Source: Dictyostelium discoideum (taxonomy: Eukaryota). Taken from it: a stretch of DNA of 64,000 nucleotides. The DNA is taken from the NCBI GenBank assembly GCA_000004695.1, contig CM000150.2:2048001-2112000 (forward strand). Direction: 5' to 3'. Each line of letters begins with the position of its first letter. Within the stretch, counting starts at the first letter, position 1. Shown here piece after piece: positions 13,952 through 25,264 of the stretch. The position numbers and the translations under genes were made by a program. The notes under the pieces are model-generated. The model had not been told where the DNA came from. It saw nothing but the letters and a program-made list of their open reading frames with translations, and searched no databases.

Positions 13952-15441
13952 TAATTAGGAAATAATATAACAAAAAAGAAATAAAACATAGAATAATTTT
14001 TTTTAATTTATTTTATAATAATTTATTTTTTAAATTTGTTAAAATTTTTTTGGTTGTAATTGATTTTTGAATTATAATTTCATTTTGATTATTATTAAAA
14101 GATGATGAATTATTATTTGTTAACTGAATTGAATTAATAATATGACCTACCAATTGTAAATTTTTAATTTCATTAACCAAATCAATAATTTCCTTTGCAC
14201 TTTTTAAATTGGTTTTACTTAAAAGATTAAAAGTTGTAACAGAGGTAACACCAAACATTTCCAAATCATGATAAAAAAGTTTCAATAATGTTTAATATTT
14301 CAGAGCAACAGGATCAAATTAAAGTATTGGAATTTAACCCATCATTTATTATTATTGGTCATTGGTATGTGTATATGTATATTATTTTAAAAAATTAATT
14401 TTAATTCTCTAAAATTTATTTTTTAAAATTTATTTTTAGTTTTGGAGATTGTTCGGGTATGATTGGTAATGGAATGTTACATTTACTATAAATTCAATTT
14501 CAAATCAATTATTTCTTCAAAAAATCATATTTTTGCTGGGACGTGGAATATACGAATCATTGGCTGAATTCTTAGTTGGTTTCAAACATTATATAATCAA
14601 CCTACCAAAGGTGGTGGTTTTTAAGTGGAGACGCTGCTTTGTTATTTAAATACATGATCTCAAGATATAATTAAAGTTTTACTAAAGTATAGAAAAAGAA
14701 AGATGTTTGATTGTTAGAAAAGCTATTACATTTTCCAAAATCAAAACATGAAGATTTAGAAATGTTAATTTTCAAATTTTCAAATTTATAATTGTTCAAG
14801 AGACTGATACACAAATTTCTCAAAGTGAATTGATTAGAAAATTTTACCACACAAAAATTCACCAAATTTACCATCCAAATTTACCACATCAGATGACACA
14901 ACTCACAGGTTGTTCATTTGTTGTTCATTTTAGTGATCACCCTAAAAAACAATAAACAGATTAAGATTCCTTAAAATAGGTTAACAAAAATAATACAAAA
15001 GCAATAAAGATGATTGAAACAAATAATGTTTAATTTATTTATTAATGTTTCAAAAGTTATTACAATAGCAGGTATGGATACTAAAATTATAAATCAATGT
15101 CATTCGAATGAATCTTGTGATGGTATCTTAGGTAAAAAAAGTTTTGAGATTGTGGTTTAATCGGTGCAATTAATGATGGAAATAATATATTATTTTCAAT
15201 TAAAGGTTTTAGTTCAAATAGTTATGGTATTGGCAAACGTAGTTTTTGATAAACCATCAACAATTTTTAAACCTGTTGGGCTAGCATTTAAATCAGCTAA
15301 TGGTACCATAGAACCTGATGAAATTTATTATGTTGGGGTTCATGGAACTGGTTTGGTATATTTTAGTCATTGATAATTTGATTTTTGTATTGGCTTTTGT
15401 GATTCAAAGCTTTTTAAGTTTTTTTTTTTTTTTTTTTTTTG

Positions 15442-16547
15442 ATATAAATAAACTATTGTAGTATACAATTAGTATGTTATTTTTATTTATTTATTTTAGG
15501 TTTTTTAGTTTTTGTGAATTTAAAATAGTATGTTATTTTAGATTAGGTAATTAATAATTAATTGGTGGTGTAATTGTTGGAATTGGTTCATTAGTGTTTA
15601 TGCTCCATTCTTTTTTAAATTTTTTGATGGTTTCGGACCATTGGGTTTCTTTTTGAGTTTTTGTGAGGTTGTTTTTAATTGAGTATTGGTTAAAGTTTGA
15701 TAAAGTTCTTGAATATTCCAATCTTATTAGCTTGTGCCATTTTGATTTTAATATATCATAATCTAGTGTTGTGTTGTTTATTTGGTTGTTCCAATTATCA
15801 ATTGATTGAGTTATATTGATGTCAAATAATGATTTGCATAACCATATCCATATTTGGTGAATAACTAATGAGATTATGTTCCAATATGCATGTGTTCTGA
15901 CTAGATCAAGATTTGTGTTTATATAATTCCAGTTGGACCTGTATTTTTTATATTGTGCGTTTTCTGCAAAATGAAAATTAATATTGATAGTTGGATCTGG
16001 TTTAAATGCTTTGTTGTTTGTTTGTGGTTTATAGATGAGTGTGTATAATTTTGTTGTTTGGTTTTTTGTTAGTGACCAGTTTTTGTTTCCATTGCAATTT
16101 TTATATATAAAATATTTTAATTTGTCGTGGTTTATGAAGTTGATTGTGTGCTGACAATTGAAAAACAAATGACCATAGGGATCATTTTTCATTTCATTGT
16201 TGCAAATGGGGCAAACTTTGTTGTGTAGATGATTAATCGGAAGACATCTAGCATGGAATCTTTGCATTGTATCACGGCCTTTTGGATCTTTTAATTTTTG
16301 AATATTGACAAAAAGTTGGTCGTATGTGTATTTCCATAATAGTTGTATTGATTGTTGGTGCGAAGTAAGAAGTAGATCTGAATATTTCTTGCCAATATAG
16401 TCTTTTGATTTGCATTGGTGATTGTTTAGTATTGTCGAGTAGATTTCTTTGAGTGTTGGTGGTAGTGGAATATTATTTGTGTTTAATGTTTGAGAGGGTT
16501 GGTTTTTTGTTAATATTGGTTGTAGGATTTGAACTTTATCTTTTAGC
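15442..16547 (-). mobile_element. 5'-truncated TRE3-like non-LTR retrotransposon fragment (3' part of ORF2 plus 3' UTR and oligo-A), copy 1
   Basis: About 95% identical to 23612..24714. The open frame runs from the truncation point (stop at about 16553) to 15551 and includes a CCHC-like C-terminal motif (CPICNNEM...HLFFNC). A roughly 110-bp 3' UTR ends in A21 on the minus strand (plus 15421-15441). The 5' junction lies 63 bp downstream of the 3' end of tRNA-Val(AAC), on the same strand as the tRNA. Confidence 0.65.
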
Positions 16548-16609
16548 TTTTTATGTTATCACATCCTGGAATCGATCATGCGATCCTTATTTCTCAAACC
16601 TAAAAATGA

Positions 16610-16683
16610 ATATTCAGAGCGGGAATCGAACCCACGACCTAATCCGTGTTAAGGATTCGTGATAACCGACTACACCATCCGAA
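16610..16683 (-). tRNA. tRNA-Val (anticodon AAC)
   Basis: Reverse complement gives GTTCGGATGGTGTAGTCGGTTATCACG-AATCC-TTAACAC-GGATT-AGGTC-GTGGG-TTCGATT-CCCGC-TCTGAAT-A. The 7-nt anticodon loop TTAACAC reads AAC. T-loop is GGTTCGATTCC. A T5 pol III terminator follows on the transcribed strand (plus 16601-16605). The sequence is identical to the copy at 51470..51543. Confidence 0.8.
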
Positions 16684-17537
16684 CTAATCGTTATTTTTTA
16701 AAATCTGGACACGTGTGGTCTTCCAATAACCTCGATCTGGCATTAAACGCAAACCTTATAGAATCCTCTTTGAAGCGATCTGAAAAAAGACACAAATTTA
16801 AAAATGATAACACAACCATACTTATCAACAAAAAGCAAATAATAAACAAACTTATAAAAACTCAAGAAGCTTCATATGACAAAACAAATCGAACATTAAC
16901 AAACTAATCAGACTAAGAACCAAGAAGATGAAAAGAAACTAACACAAACAATCTCAAGAGCACTCCAATATTTCAGCAAACAATGGAACTCCCACCCACT
17001 TATACCAATTCATCAATACCACAAACACACTTTTTGATAAAAAAAAATAAAAATAAAAAATAATAATAATAAAAATAACATCAATAATAAAAAAAAAAAA
17101 AACTAAACTAAACTCACCCCCTCTTTTAGAGGTCCTGTAAAAATATTACAAATAAAATGAGATTTAGCATCTTTAGGAAAAGCAACTAATAATTGCATCC
17201 AATTCAAAAAGTTTTTTTTTAATAATTAAACTAGAATAAGTTTTTGGTAAATTTATTTTAGTGAATTTTTGGTAAATCAAAAATAAAATTTTTTTTAATT
17301 TTACAATTTGAATCATCTAATACTTTAAATTTCTATTTTTTTGATAAAATAATATAAACTGGAAATTTCACATCAATATGGTTTAAAATTGGGGTAAATA
17401 TAAAATAAAATAATAAACTTACATTTTCAAATATTTTTTGAGCTTCATCATTTTTAAATTCAATTACATTATAACACCAAATGATTAAAGAATTTGTATT
17501 AAAATATAAAATATATTTTAAAAATAAAAAATATTAT

Positions 17538-17780
17538 TTAGTTACCAATAACTTTTTTAAAGTATTTTGCTAATCTAACAGTTGCTTGACCACTACCAGC
17601 ACCAACATCAATTGCAAGATCTCTTTTTTCATCACAATATGAATCAATAATTGAATATAATTCATCATTGTATGTTGGTCTAAAAATTTTATAAGATTCA
17701 CTTACACTTCCAAATTTATCATCAAATTTGGTTGGTGTTGGAATTGGAACTGATGATAAAGGTGATGATGATGATTTCAT
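17538..17780 (-). pseudogene. N-terminal fragment of a class I SAM-dependent methyltransferase (motif I), probably decayed
   Basis: 80-aa ORF ending in motif I LAIDVGAGSGQATVRLAKYFKKVIG. Downstream (lower coordinates) I could not assemble a consistent set of GT..AG introns and in-frame exons (stops in all continuations). It sits next to the tRNA-proximal repeat region. Confidence 0.35.
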
Positions 17781-18041
17781 TGTTTATTGTTTTAAATTAA
17801 TGAAAAAAAAATTATAAATAAAAAATTATAAATAGAAAATAAAAAAAAATTTAAATAAAAATTAAAAATTAAAATTAAAACATTTAGGGGTGTTTGTCTT
17901 TTTGGTGGTTTAAACAAAAAAAAAAAAATAAAAAATAAAAAAAAATAAAAATAAAAATAAAAATAAAATTACAGGGATGCTATTTAATAATTTAAAAAAA
18001 ATTAAAAATAAGTTTTTCCTTTTTTTAAAATTCAATTCCTT

Positions 18042-19379
<1,338 letters not shown>

Positions 19380-19610
19380 TTTTATTTAAAATTTAAACAA
19401 AACAAAGAGAAAAGGTCATATGACCTGTTTTTTTTTTTTTTTTTTTTTTTCTAAATTTTTTTTTTTTTTTTTTAAAAAAATAAATATCTTAATTCAAAAA
19501 AAAAATATAAAAACAATTTTTCTTTTTTTAAAAATCAGTTTTATGTTTTTATACTTTAGCAAACAAATAATACTTTGATTGTTTTAAATTATCTTTTTTT
19601 TTTTTTTTTT

Positions 19611-20170
19611 TTAATATTGATTAATCATAGTTTATCCTTTAAAATTACTTGGATCTTTTGAAAGAGTTAGTTTTAAGTCTTTTGCTTTTTATATATTCTG
19701 GGCTGGCTAGTTTGAACCATTAAGTAAGGTCGAGTATGAAAGCTTTTCAACTTTCGACGGTTCATCTCTGTACAATTGGTCGCAGACCCAAGTCCAGATG
19801 TTGTGAGATATTAGTGCGATTATGTTTCTATATGCGAAGGATTTAGATAGGTCATAGTTTACACATTTATACCCCCATTCGAAGTATTCTTTATGGAACA
19901 CACCTTGCAAACTTGGGATATGAAAAGTTACAGAACTCTAACTACCAAAAGGAGAGCCCTTTAGCTGATGTATTTAATGATGTCTATTCACTCCACACCA
20001 TCTAAGGTTTGCATTGGTTACCTTTTTGTGTAAAGAAGATGCACATTCATAAGGTTATTACGGAAAACAGCATCTATCCACTTCAATATGAACAAAATGC
20101 GAATGGTGAAGGTGATACCGATGATGATGACGATGAGGAGATGTTACATGATGAAGAATATAATAATTTT
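19611..20170 (-). mobile_element. Degenerate remnant related to the TRE3-like ORF2 C-terminus (a different, diverged family member)
   Basis: GC is elevated relative to flanks. The minus-strand ORF 19707..19910 (FHKEYFEWGYKCVNYDLSKSFAYRNIIALISHNIWTWVCDQLY) aligns with the TRE3-like ORF segment HFAENAQYKKYRSNWNYINTNLDLVRTHAYWNIISLVIHQIWIWLCKSLF. The frame is broken by stops upstream. A minus-strand oligo-A (plus T-run 19589..19610) marks a 3' end. Confidence 0.4.
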
Positions 20171-20279
20171 TAATTTTTTAAAAAATTAAAAAGGGGAAAA
20201 AAAAAATAATAAAAAAAAAAAAATAAAACCTTAATTGGTTTTGTTTATGTAATAATCTTTTAAAAAATATATTCTATTA

Positions 20280-20627
20280 TTATTTTTCTTCTTCTTTTGT
20301 TGGAATATCTGTTCTTTTTCGAGAACCAGGAAAATTAAGATCCAAAATATTGACTGTAAAGAGATCTTGAATATTTTTGTCTTGAACTAAATAATCCTCA
20401 CCACTTTGGTAGTGTAATACATCTCTGAATTGAAAAAGAGGTAAGGAACCATCTTCGTTAACTTTGAGTGATTGATAAAGTATTGATGCAGTTTTATACA
20501 TTTCAAGACTTTCTACTACTTCCTTGATACATTCTGCTGTACAATCTTTCCCAAATTCAAATTCCAATAAGTTATCATATTGAAAAAGTTTTTCAGTAAA
20601 ATCTGGGTGGTGGTGGTTACGGTTCAT
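20280..20627 (-). CDS. Conserved-looking hypothetical protein (115 aa), single exon
   Basis: ATG-initiated ORF MNRNHHHPDFTEKLFQYDNLLEFEFGKDCTAECIKEVVESLEMYKTASILYQSLKVNEDGSLPLFQFRDVLHYQSGEDYLVQDKNIQDLFTVNILDLNFPG... The composition is globular. I do not recognise the family. Confidence 0.45.
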   Translation of the reverse strand: MNRNHHHPDFTEKLFQYDNLLEFEFGKDCTAECIKEVVESLEMYKTASILYQSLKVNEDGSLPLFQFRDVLHYQSGEDYLVQDKNIQDLFTVNILDLNFPGSRKRTDIPTKEEEK

Positions 20628-21167
20628 TTTTTTTTTCTCTGTGTCAAAAATGAAAATTATTTGTGTGAATAAAAAATAAAAAAAAAAAAAAAAAATTTTA
20701 AAAAAAAAAAAAATAAATAAAAAAAATAATAAAATAATAACAATGACAACTTAATTTTTTGAGTGAGAAATTATAAATAAATAATAAATAAATTTGTAAA
20801 TTAAAAAAAAAAAATAATAAATAAAAAAATTATTTTTTAATTTTTACCTAATTTACACAAAAACATTAATGTTTTTCTCACCATTTTATCTTTGTATAAA
20901 TTTTTTTTATTTTTTTATTTTATTATATTATACTTCATATAAATAACTATCTCCAAATGAAATTTTTATTAAAAATTAATTTATTGATCTTTTTTTTTTG
21001 TGAATTCCTGTAACTCACATCACTATGTTGGTATTATCGATGACAATTCTATAACTCCAAACATGCAATGGTTTAACGATATTATGTTCATTAGAAGAAA
21101 CGCCAATGGTGCCTGGCCTAGAGTTAATTCTTTTAATTGAAACGGGGTATACTTTGTTTTCGGGAAT

Positions 21168-21746
21168 ATGGCTCCTCATGGATTGACCTTGCTGTATATA
21201 GGTAAAGCATCCCATCAAGATGGGATGGGTTTGTACCACAGAGGTTACTCAGATATAGTTGGTCGCCCAAGGTTTTGGGGGACTCCAAATGCAAGACCAC
21301 TAGAAATGGCAAATGCCCAAATTTTAATGTATTATAGAGGTTTTGATGGTCCAGTTGCTGGTCATGCTGAGTGGTTCCTTTCAGTATTTGGGTGCCCAGA
21401 AAATAGTTTCAACGAGGGTGGTTTAAAGGAATCTCAATTTTGTTATGGTGCAGGTCAATGGAATTTTTTCCATGCAACTGCTCCCGCAGTTAATGTTTGC
21501 CAATATATTATAAATCAAGATCCATCCCCTGGTCTTTTTTTTAGATATCCAAACTATCCATCTGCTCCAAGTATTATAAGAAGAATTGTTGATTGTGAAA
21601 CTGAACGATTACTCGCTGAAGGTCTTTCACTTCAAGTTCCTGGTCTTCAAAATCAAGTGTTAAATCTTCAAAATCAAGTGGAAAATCTTCAAAATGCAAA
21701 CCAACTATTTGCAAACCCCAAACTTCATTACAACAAGAATCATTAA
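21168..21746 (+). CDS. Unknown ORF (192 aa) in a GC-rich island; partner of the downstream YqaJ-like ORF
   Basis: About 40% GC with non-host codon choices (GGG, CCC, CGC). Translation: MAPHGLTLLYIGKASHQDGMGLYHRGYSDIVGRPRFWGTPNARP...YRGFDGPVAGHAEWFLSVFGCPENSFNEGG..., with a C-terminal heptad-like segment LQVPGLQNQVLNLQNQVENLQNANQLF. Its stop at 21744-21746 lies 7 nt before the ATG of the next ORF. No introns. Confidence 0.4.
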   Translation: MAPHGLTLLYIGKASHQDGMGLYHRGYSDIVGRPRFWGTPNARPLEMANAQILMYYRGFDGPVAGHAEWFLSVFGCPENSFNEGGLKESQFCYGAGQWNFFHATAPAVNVCQYIINQDPSPGLFFRYPNYPSAPSIIRRIVDCETERLLAEGLSLQVPGLQNQVLNLQNQVENLQNANQLFANPKLHYNKNH

Positions 21747-21753
21747 AATTACA

Positions 21754-22407
21754 ATGTACATGCAAACCATTATAAAACAATCGAAAAGTATCGATGAAGA
21801 TTTGGTACAAGGAACTAAAAAATGGGAAGAAGCAAGAGAGAAGTATTCTTTAACTGGAAGTAGATTAGCTGCTGCAATTGGAATTGATCCATACACTTCA
21901 CAACATGATTTAAAATTAATATTAGCGAAAAAGAAAACCCCATTCTTTAGTGACTACTGTAAAAAGGCAATGGAACATGGTAAACACCAAGAACCAATAG
22001 CAAGAGAATTTTATTTTAATGAATTGGAGACTTCAATTATCGAAAAGGGTATCTTTCCATTGCCAGGCGACAAAAGAATTGGATGTTCTCCTGATGGGGT
22101 AATTTACACAACAGTACCTGGTAAAGATGGAGTTTTACAGCGTGAAGGAGTTATTGAAATAAAATGTCCACTATCTACCACGAACTTCAGTGGCCTAAAG
22201 AATGGTAGAAAACCTGATGCCTTAGCTAATGCTCAGAAAATACCTCTAGATTACATTCCACAAATATTTGCAAACATGGCATGTACTGGGGCACAATGGT
22301 GTGATTATATATGTTGGGTTCCAGGTGAGGTATACTTTTGTAGAAGGGTATTCTTTGATACAAATGTATTCGTTAGCAAAATTATTTATAGATACACCTT
22401 TAAATGA
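21754..22407 (+). CDS. YqaJ/lambda-exonuclease-like PD-(D/E)XK nuclease (viral or mobile-element type)
   Basis: Motifs in order: W...R...LTGSRLAAAIG, GKHQEPIAREFY, IGCSPDGVIY, GVIEIKCP, IPLDYIPQIFANMACTGAQWCDYICWVPGE. These fit the YqaJ/alkaline-exonuclease fold. GC about 40%, no introns. The ORF track extends it to 21694 via a non-ATG start; the first ATG is 21754. Confidence 0.6.
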   Translation: MYMQTIIKQSKSIDEDLVQGTKKWEEAREKYSLTGSRLAAAIGIDPYTSQHDLKLILAKKKTPFFSDYCKKAMEHGKHQEPIAREFYFNELETSIIEKGIFPLPGDKRIGCSPDGVIYTTVPGKDGVLQREGVIEIKCPLSTTNFSGLKNGRKPDALANAQKIPLDYIPQIFANMACTGAQWCDYICWVPGEVYFCRRVFFDTNVFVSKIIYRYTFK

Positions 22408-22559
22408 AATACCTTAAAGAATGAAAAAACATTAATAATAAATACATTACTCTTACAGAAACTTAAAGTTTTAAATCCACACCTAAATATTCATGTACGA
22501 ACTAAATTATCATATAGAAAAAAAGTTATAAAAAAAAATAATAAAAAATTTCGTTGATT

Positions 22560-23530
22560 GGTGGGGTGTTAATGTTGTTTTTTGGTGGTTGATTGTTTTT
22601 GTTAATATTTAGGGTTTGTGAGAGCATTTTTTATAGTTGTTGCCATATCAGAATTTTTTGCATGTTGAATTTTGTGTTTAGTGACACTACGTGTTGCAGC
22701 TTTGATATATCTTGTGATACCAGATGGTTGTTCGATCTTTTGGTCTACAATGTTGTGTGTGTGATCAATTAGATGATATGTTATAATGTAGCTTTTAAAC
22801 GCAACAGCATATGAGTATGTGACAGTAAATGATTCAATTGATGTACAACTGGTGAATTTGGTGAGGTTGTTTATAATTGCATCATTTGCAAGTTTGGGTG
22901 AGTACGTTTGAATGAATGTTTTAATGATTGCATAATCATTTGATGATATTTCGAATCTATAGTTGAGTTTGTCGATATTTAGTGCAAGTTGGTTTTGAAG
23001 GTTGATTATTGAAGTTAATTTATCAACGTTGCAATTTACGAAGGCAGTTGCACTAATTATTTTAAATGCTGATGGCGACAGTATATCTTCGAAGAGTTTG
23101 TGAATGTTTTTGTGAATTTGTTGGATTCTTGTGTCATCTTTAGAGGCTAATTCTTCACGGATGTATGGTTGATTAAAGTAACACTTAATGTTGATGGTGT
23201 TATTGTTTTTTTCTAAGAAGGAGAGTGGTCTTGTGATTGATGGAGGTGCAATGATATCTAATTGATTATCAAGTCCTTTGTTAAGTGAGAATTTGTTTGT
23301 TGGGGTTTGTTTTTTAGGTGTGCCGATTTTTGCACTTTTGTTTTTTGTTGTTCAGGTTGTGGAGGTATTATTTGTATTGGTTGTGTCGTTATCTGTATGA
23401 TTTGACTGTAATTCAGTTGAGTGATCATCAGCCATTGTTGAAAAGTATATAGGACGATAGCCCTTGCTTTACTGAGCAAAAATAGGGTAAAATTAAGAGG
23501 AATGAATGTGGTGAAGACATAGCAGTGATT
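22560..23530 (-). mobile_element. Retroelement ORF remnant (frameshifted, no ATG) of a tRNA-associated non-LTR element family
   Basis: Strong G/T skew on plus, as on the TRE3-like copies. The minus-strand frame is open for about 230 codons without an ATG, so the ORF track missed it. It begins DIIAPPSITRPLSFLEKNNNTINIKCYFNQPYIREELASKDDTRIQQIHKNIHKLFEDIL, continues through ...TYHLIDHTHNIVDQKIEQPSGITRYIKAATR..., ends at a stop near 22614, and is joined by a frameshift to ORF 23258..23479. Confidence 0.45.
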
Positions 23531-23611
23531 TATTTTTATATGAATAAATTCTTGTTTATTTCTTTGCTTCGTTACTTTTTAAAAATTAATTGGTTTAAAT
23601 ATTAATTTGAT

Positions 23612-25215
23612 ATAAAAAAACTATTGTAGTATACAATTAGTATGTTTTTTTATTTATTTATTTTAGGTTTTTTAGTTTTTGTTAATTTAAAATGGTATGT
23701 TATTTTAGATTAGGTAATTAATAATTAATTGGTGGTGTAATTGTTGGAATTGGTTCATTTGTGTTTATGCTCCATTCTTTTTTAAATTTTTTGATGGTTT
23801 CGGACCATTGGGTTTCTTTTTGAGTTTTTGTGAGGTTGTTTTTAATTGAGTATTGGTTAAAGTTTGATAATGTTCTTGAATATTCCAATCTTATTAGCTT
23901 GTGCCATTTTGATTTTAATATATCATAATCTAGTGTTGTGTTGTTTATTTGGTTGTTCCAATTGTCAATTGATTGAGTTATATTGATGTCAAATAATGAT
24001 TTGCATAACCAGATCCATATTTGGTGAATAACTAATGAGATTATGTTCCAATATGCATGTGTTCTGACTAGATCAAGATTTGTGTTTATATAATTCCAGT
24101 TGGACCTGTATTTTTTATATTGTGCGTTTTCTGCAAAATGAAAATTAATATTGATAGTTGGATCTGGTTTAAATACTTTGTTGTTTGTTTGTGGTTTATA
24201 AATGTGTGTGTATAATTTTGTTGTTTGGTTTTTTGTTAGTGACCAGTTTTTGTTTCCATTGCAATTTTTATATATAAAATATTTTAATTTGTCGTGGTTT
24301 ATGAAGTTGATTGTGTGCTGACAATTGAAAAACAAATGACCATAGGGATCATTATTCATTTCATTGTTGCAAATGGGGCAAACTTTGTTGTGTAGATGAT
24401 TAATCGGAAGACATCTAGCATGGAATCTTTGCATTGTATCACGGCCTTTTGGATCTTTTAATTTTTGAATTTTGACAAAAAGTTGGTCGTATGTGTATTT
24501 CCATAATAGTTGTATTGATTGTTGGTGCGAAGTAAGAAGTAGATCTGAATATTTCTTGCCAATATAGTCTTTTGATTTACATTGGTGATTGTTGAGTATT
24601 GTCGAGTAGATTTCTTTGAGTGTTGGTGGTAGTGGAATATTATTTGTGGTTAATGTTTGAGAGGTTTGATTTTTTATTAATATTGGTTGTAGGATTTGAA
24701 CTTTATCTTTTAGATGTCCAATTTGAGTTGCATAGTTTTCCCATTCTTTTTTGATTTTTATAAGGTATGGAGAAGAGATTGATTTGTTGATGATTTGATC
24801 CATCCAACTTATCATGTATATTGAATTATTTGCAGATTTATGCATTTGTAAAAAACTGTATTTTTACAAATGCATAAATCTGTTGTATATCCAAATCTTT
24901 TGAGCAACTTGTCGTAATTGTATATTCCACATACCCCAACCACCTTCTTTTAATGGTTTTAATGATCTATCATAACACATCAAAGGTATTTTTGCACGTG
25001 AATGGATGGTTGATGTGTTATTTTCAATGGAATTGATATTGAGAGTTGGTGATTCAGAATTTGCGGGAGAATTCATAAACCATGAGATTAATTTATTAAT
25101 TTGAATTTCTTCATCTTTTGTAAATTCTTCAAGGTATGATAAATATGTTATTGGTGATAGTGAGTAGGTGTTTATGATGGTTGTTTTTGTTTTTAATGTT
25201 GTGCCACTAGTTTTC
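23612..25215 (-). mobile_element. 5'-truncated TRE3-like non-LTR retrotransposon fragment (ORF2 3' region plus 3' UTR), copy 2
   Basis: About 95% identical to copy 1 over 1.1 kb and extends about 500 bp further 5'. The open frame runs from about 25215 to 23718 except for one 30-nt palindromic insertion. It has the same CCHC-like C-terminus. The 5' junction is 50 bp downstream of tRNA-Val(TAC), same strand. The 3' end is ...CTACAATAGTTTTTTTATATC. Confidence 0.7.
24833..24882. repeat. Perfect 22-bp inverted repeat with 6-bp spacer (hairpin/palindrome) interrupting the retroelement ORF
   Basis: cagatttatgcatttgtaaaaa-actgta-tttttacaaatgcataaatctg. It supplies the TAA that ends the upstream ORF (stop at 24864..24866) and the ATG of the downstream ORF (24843..24845). 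Deleting 30 nt restores one continuous frame (...NRFMHKSANNSIYMISW...). Confidence 0.9.
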
Positions 25216-25264
25216 CATAGTACTATTATATATTAAAATTTATTTAACAATTCCAAAAAAAATA

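Noticed and set aside
16659-16907. 82-aa plus-strand ORF overlapping the tRNA-Val gene
   Set aside because: It overlaps a bona fide tRNA and continues into repeat-like sequence. It was treated as element-derived or non-coding rather than a host gene.
21015-21239. 74-aa minus-strand ORF overlapping the start of the GC-island ORF
   Set aside because: It is the antisense frame of a GC-rich coding region. The plus-strand ORF is longer and is followed in tandem by the YqaJ ORF.
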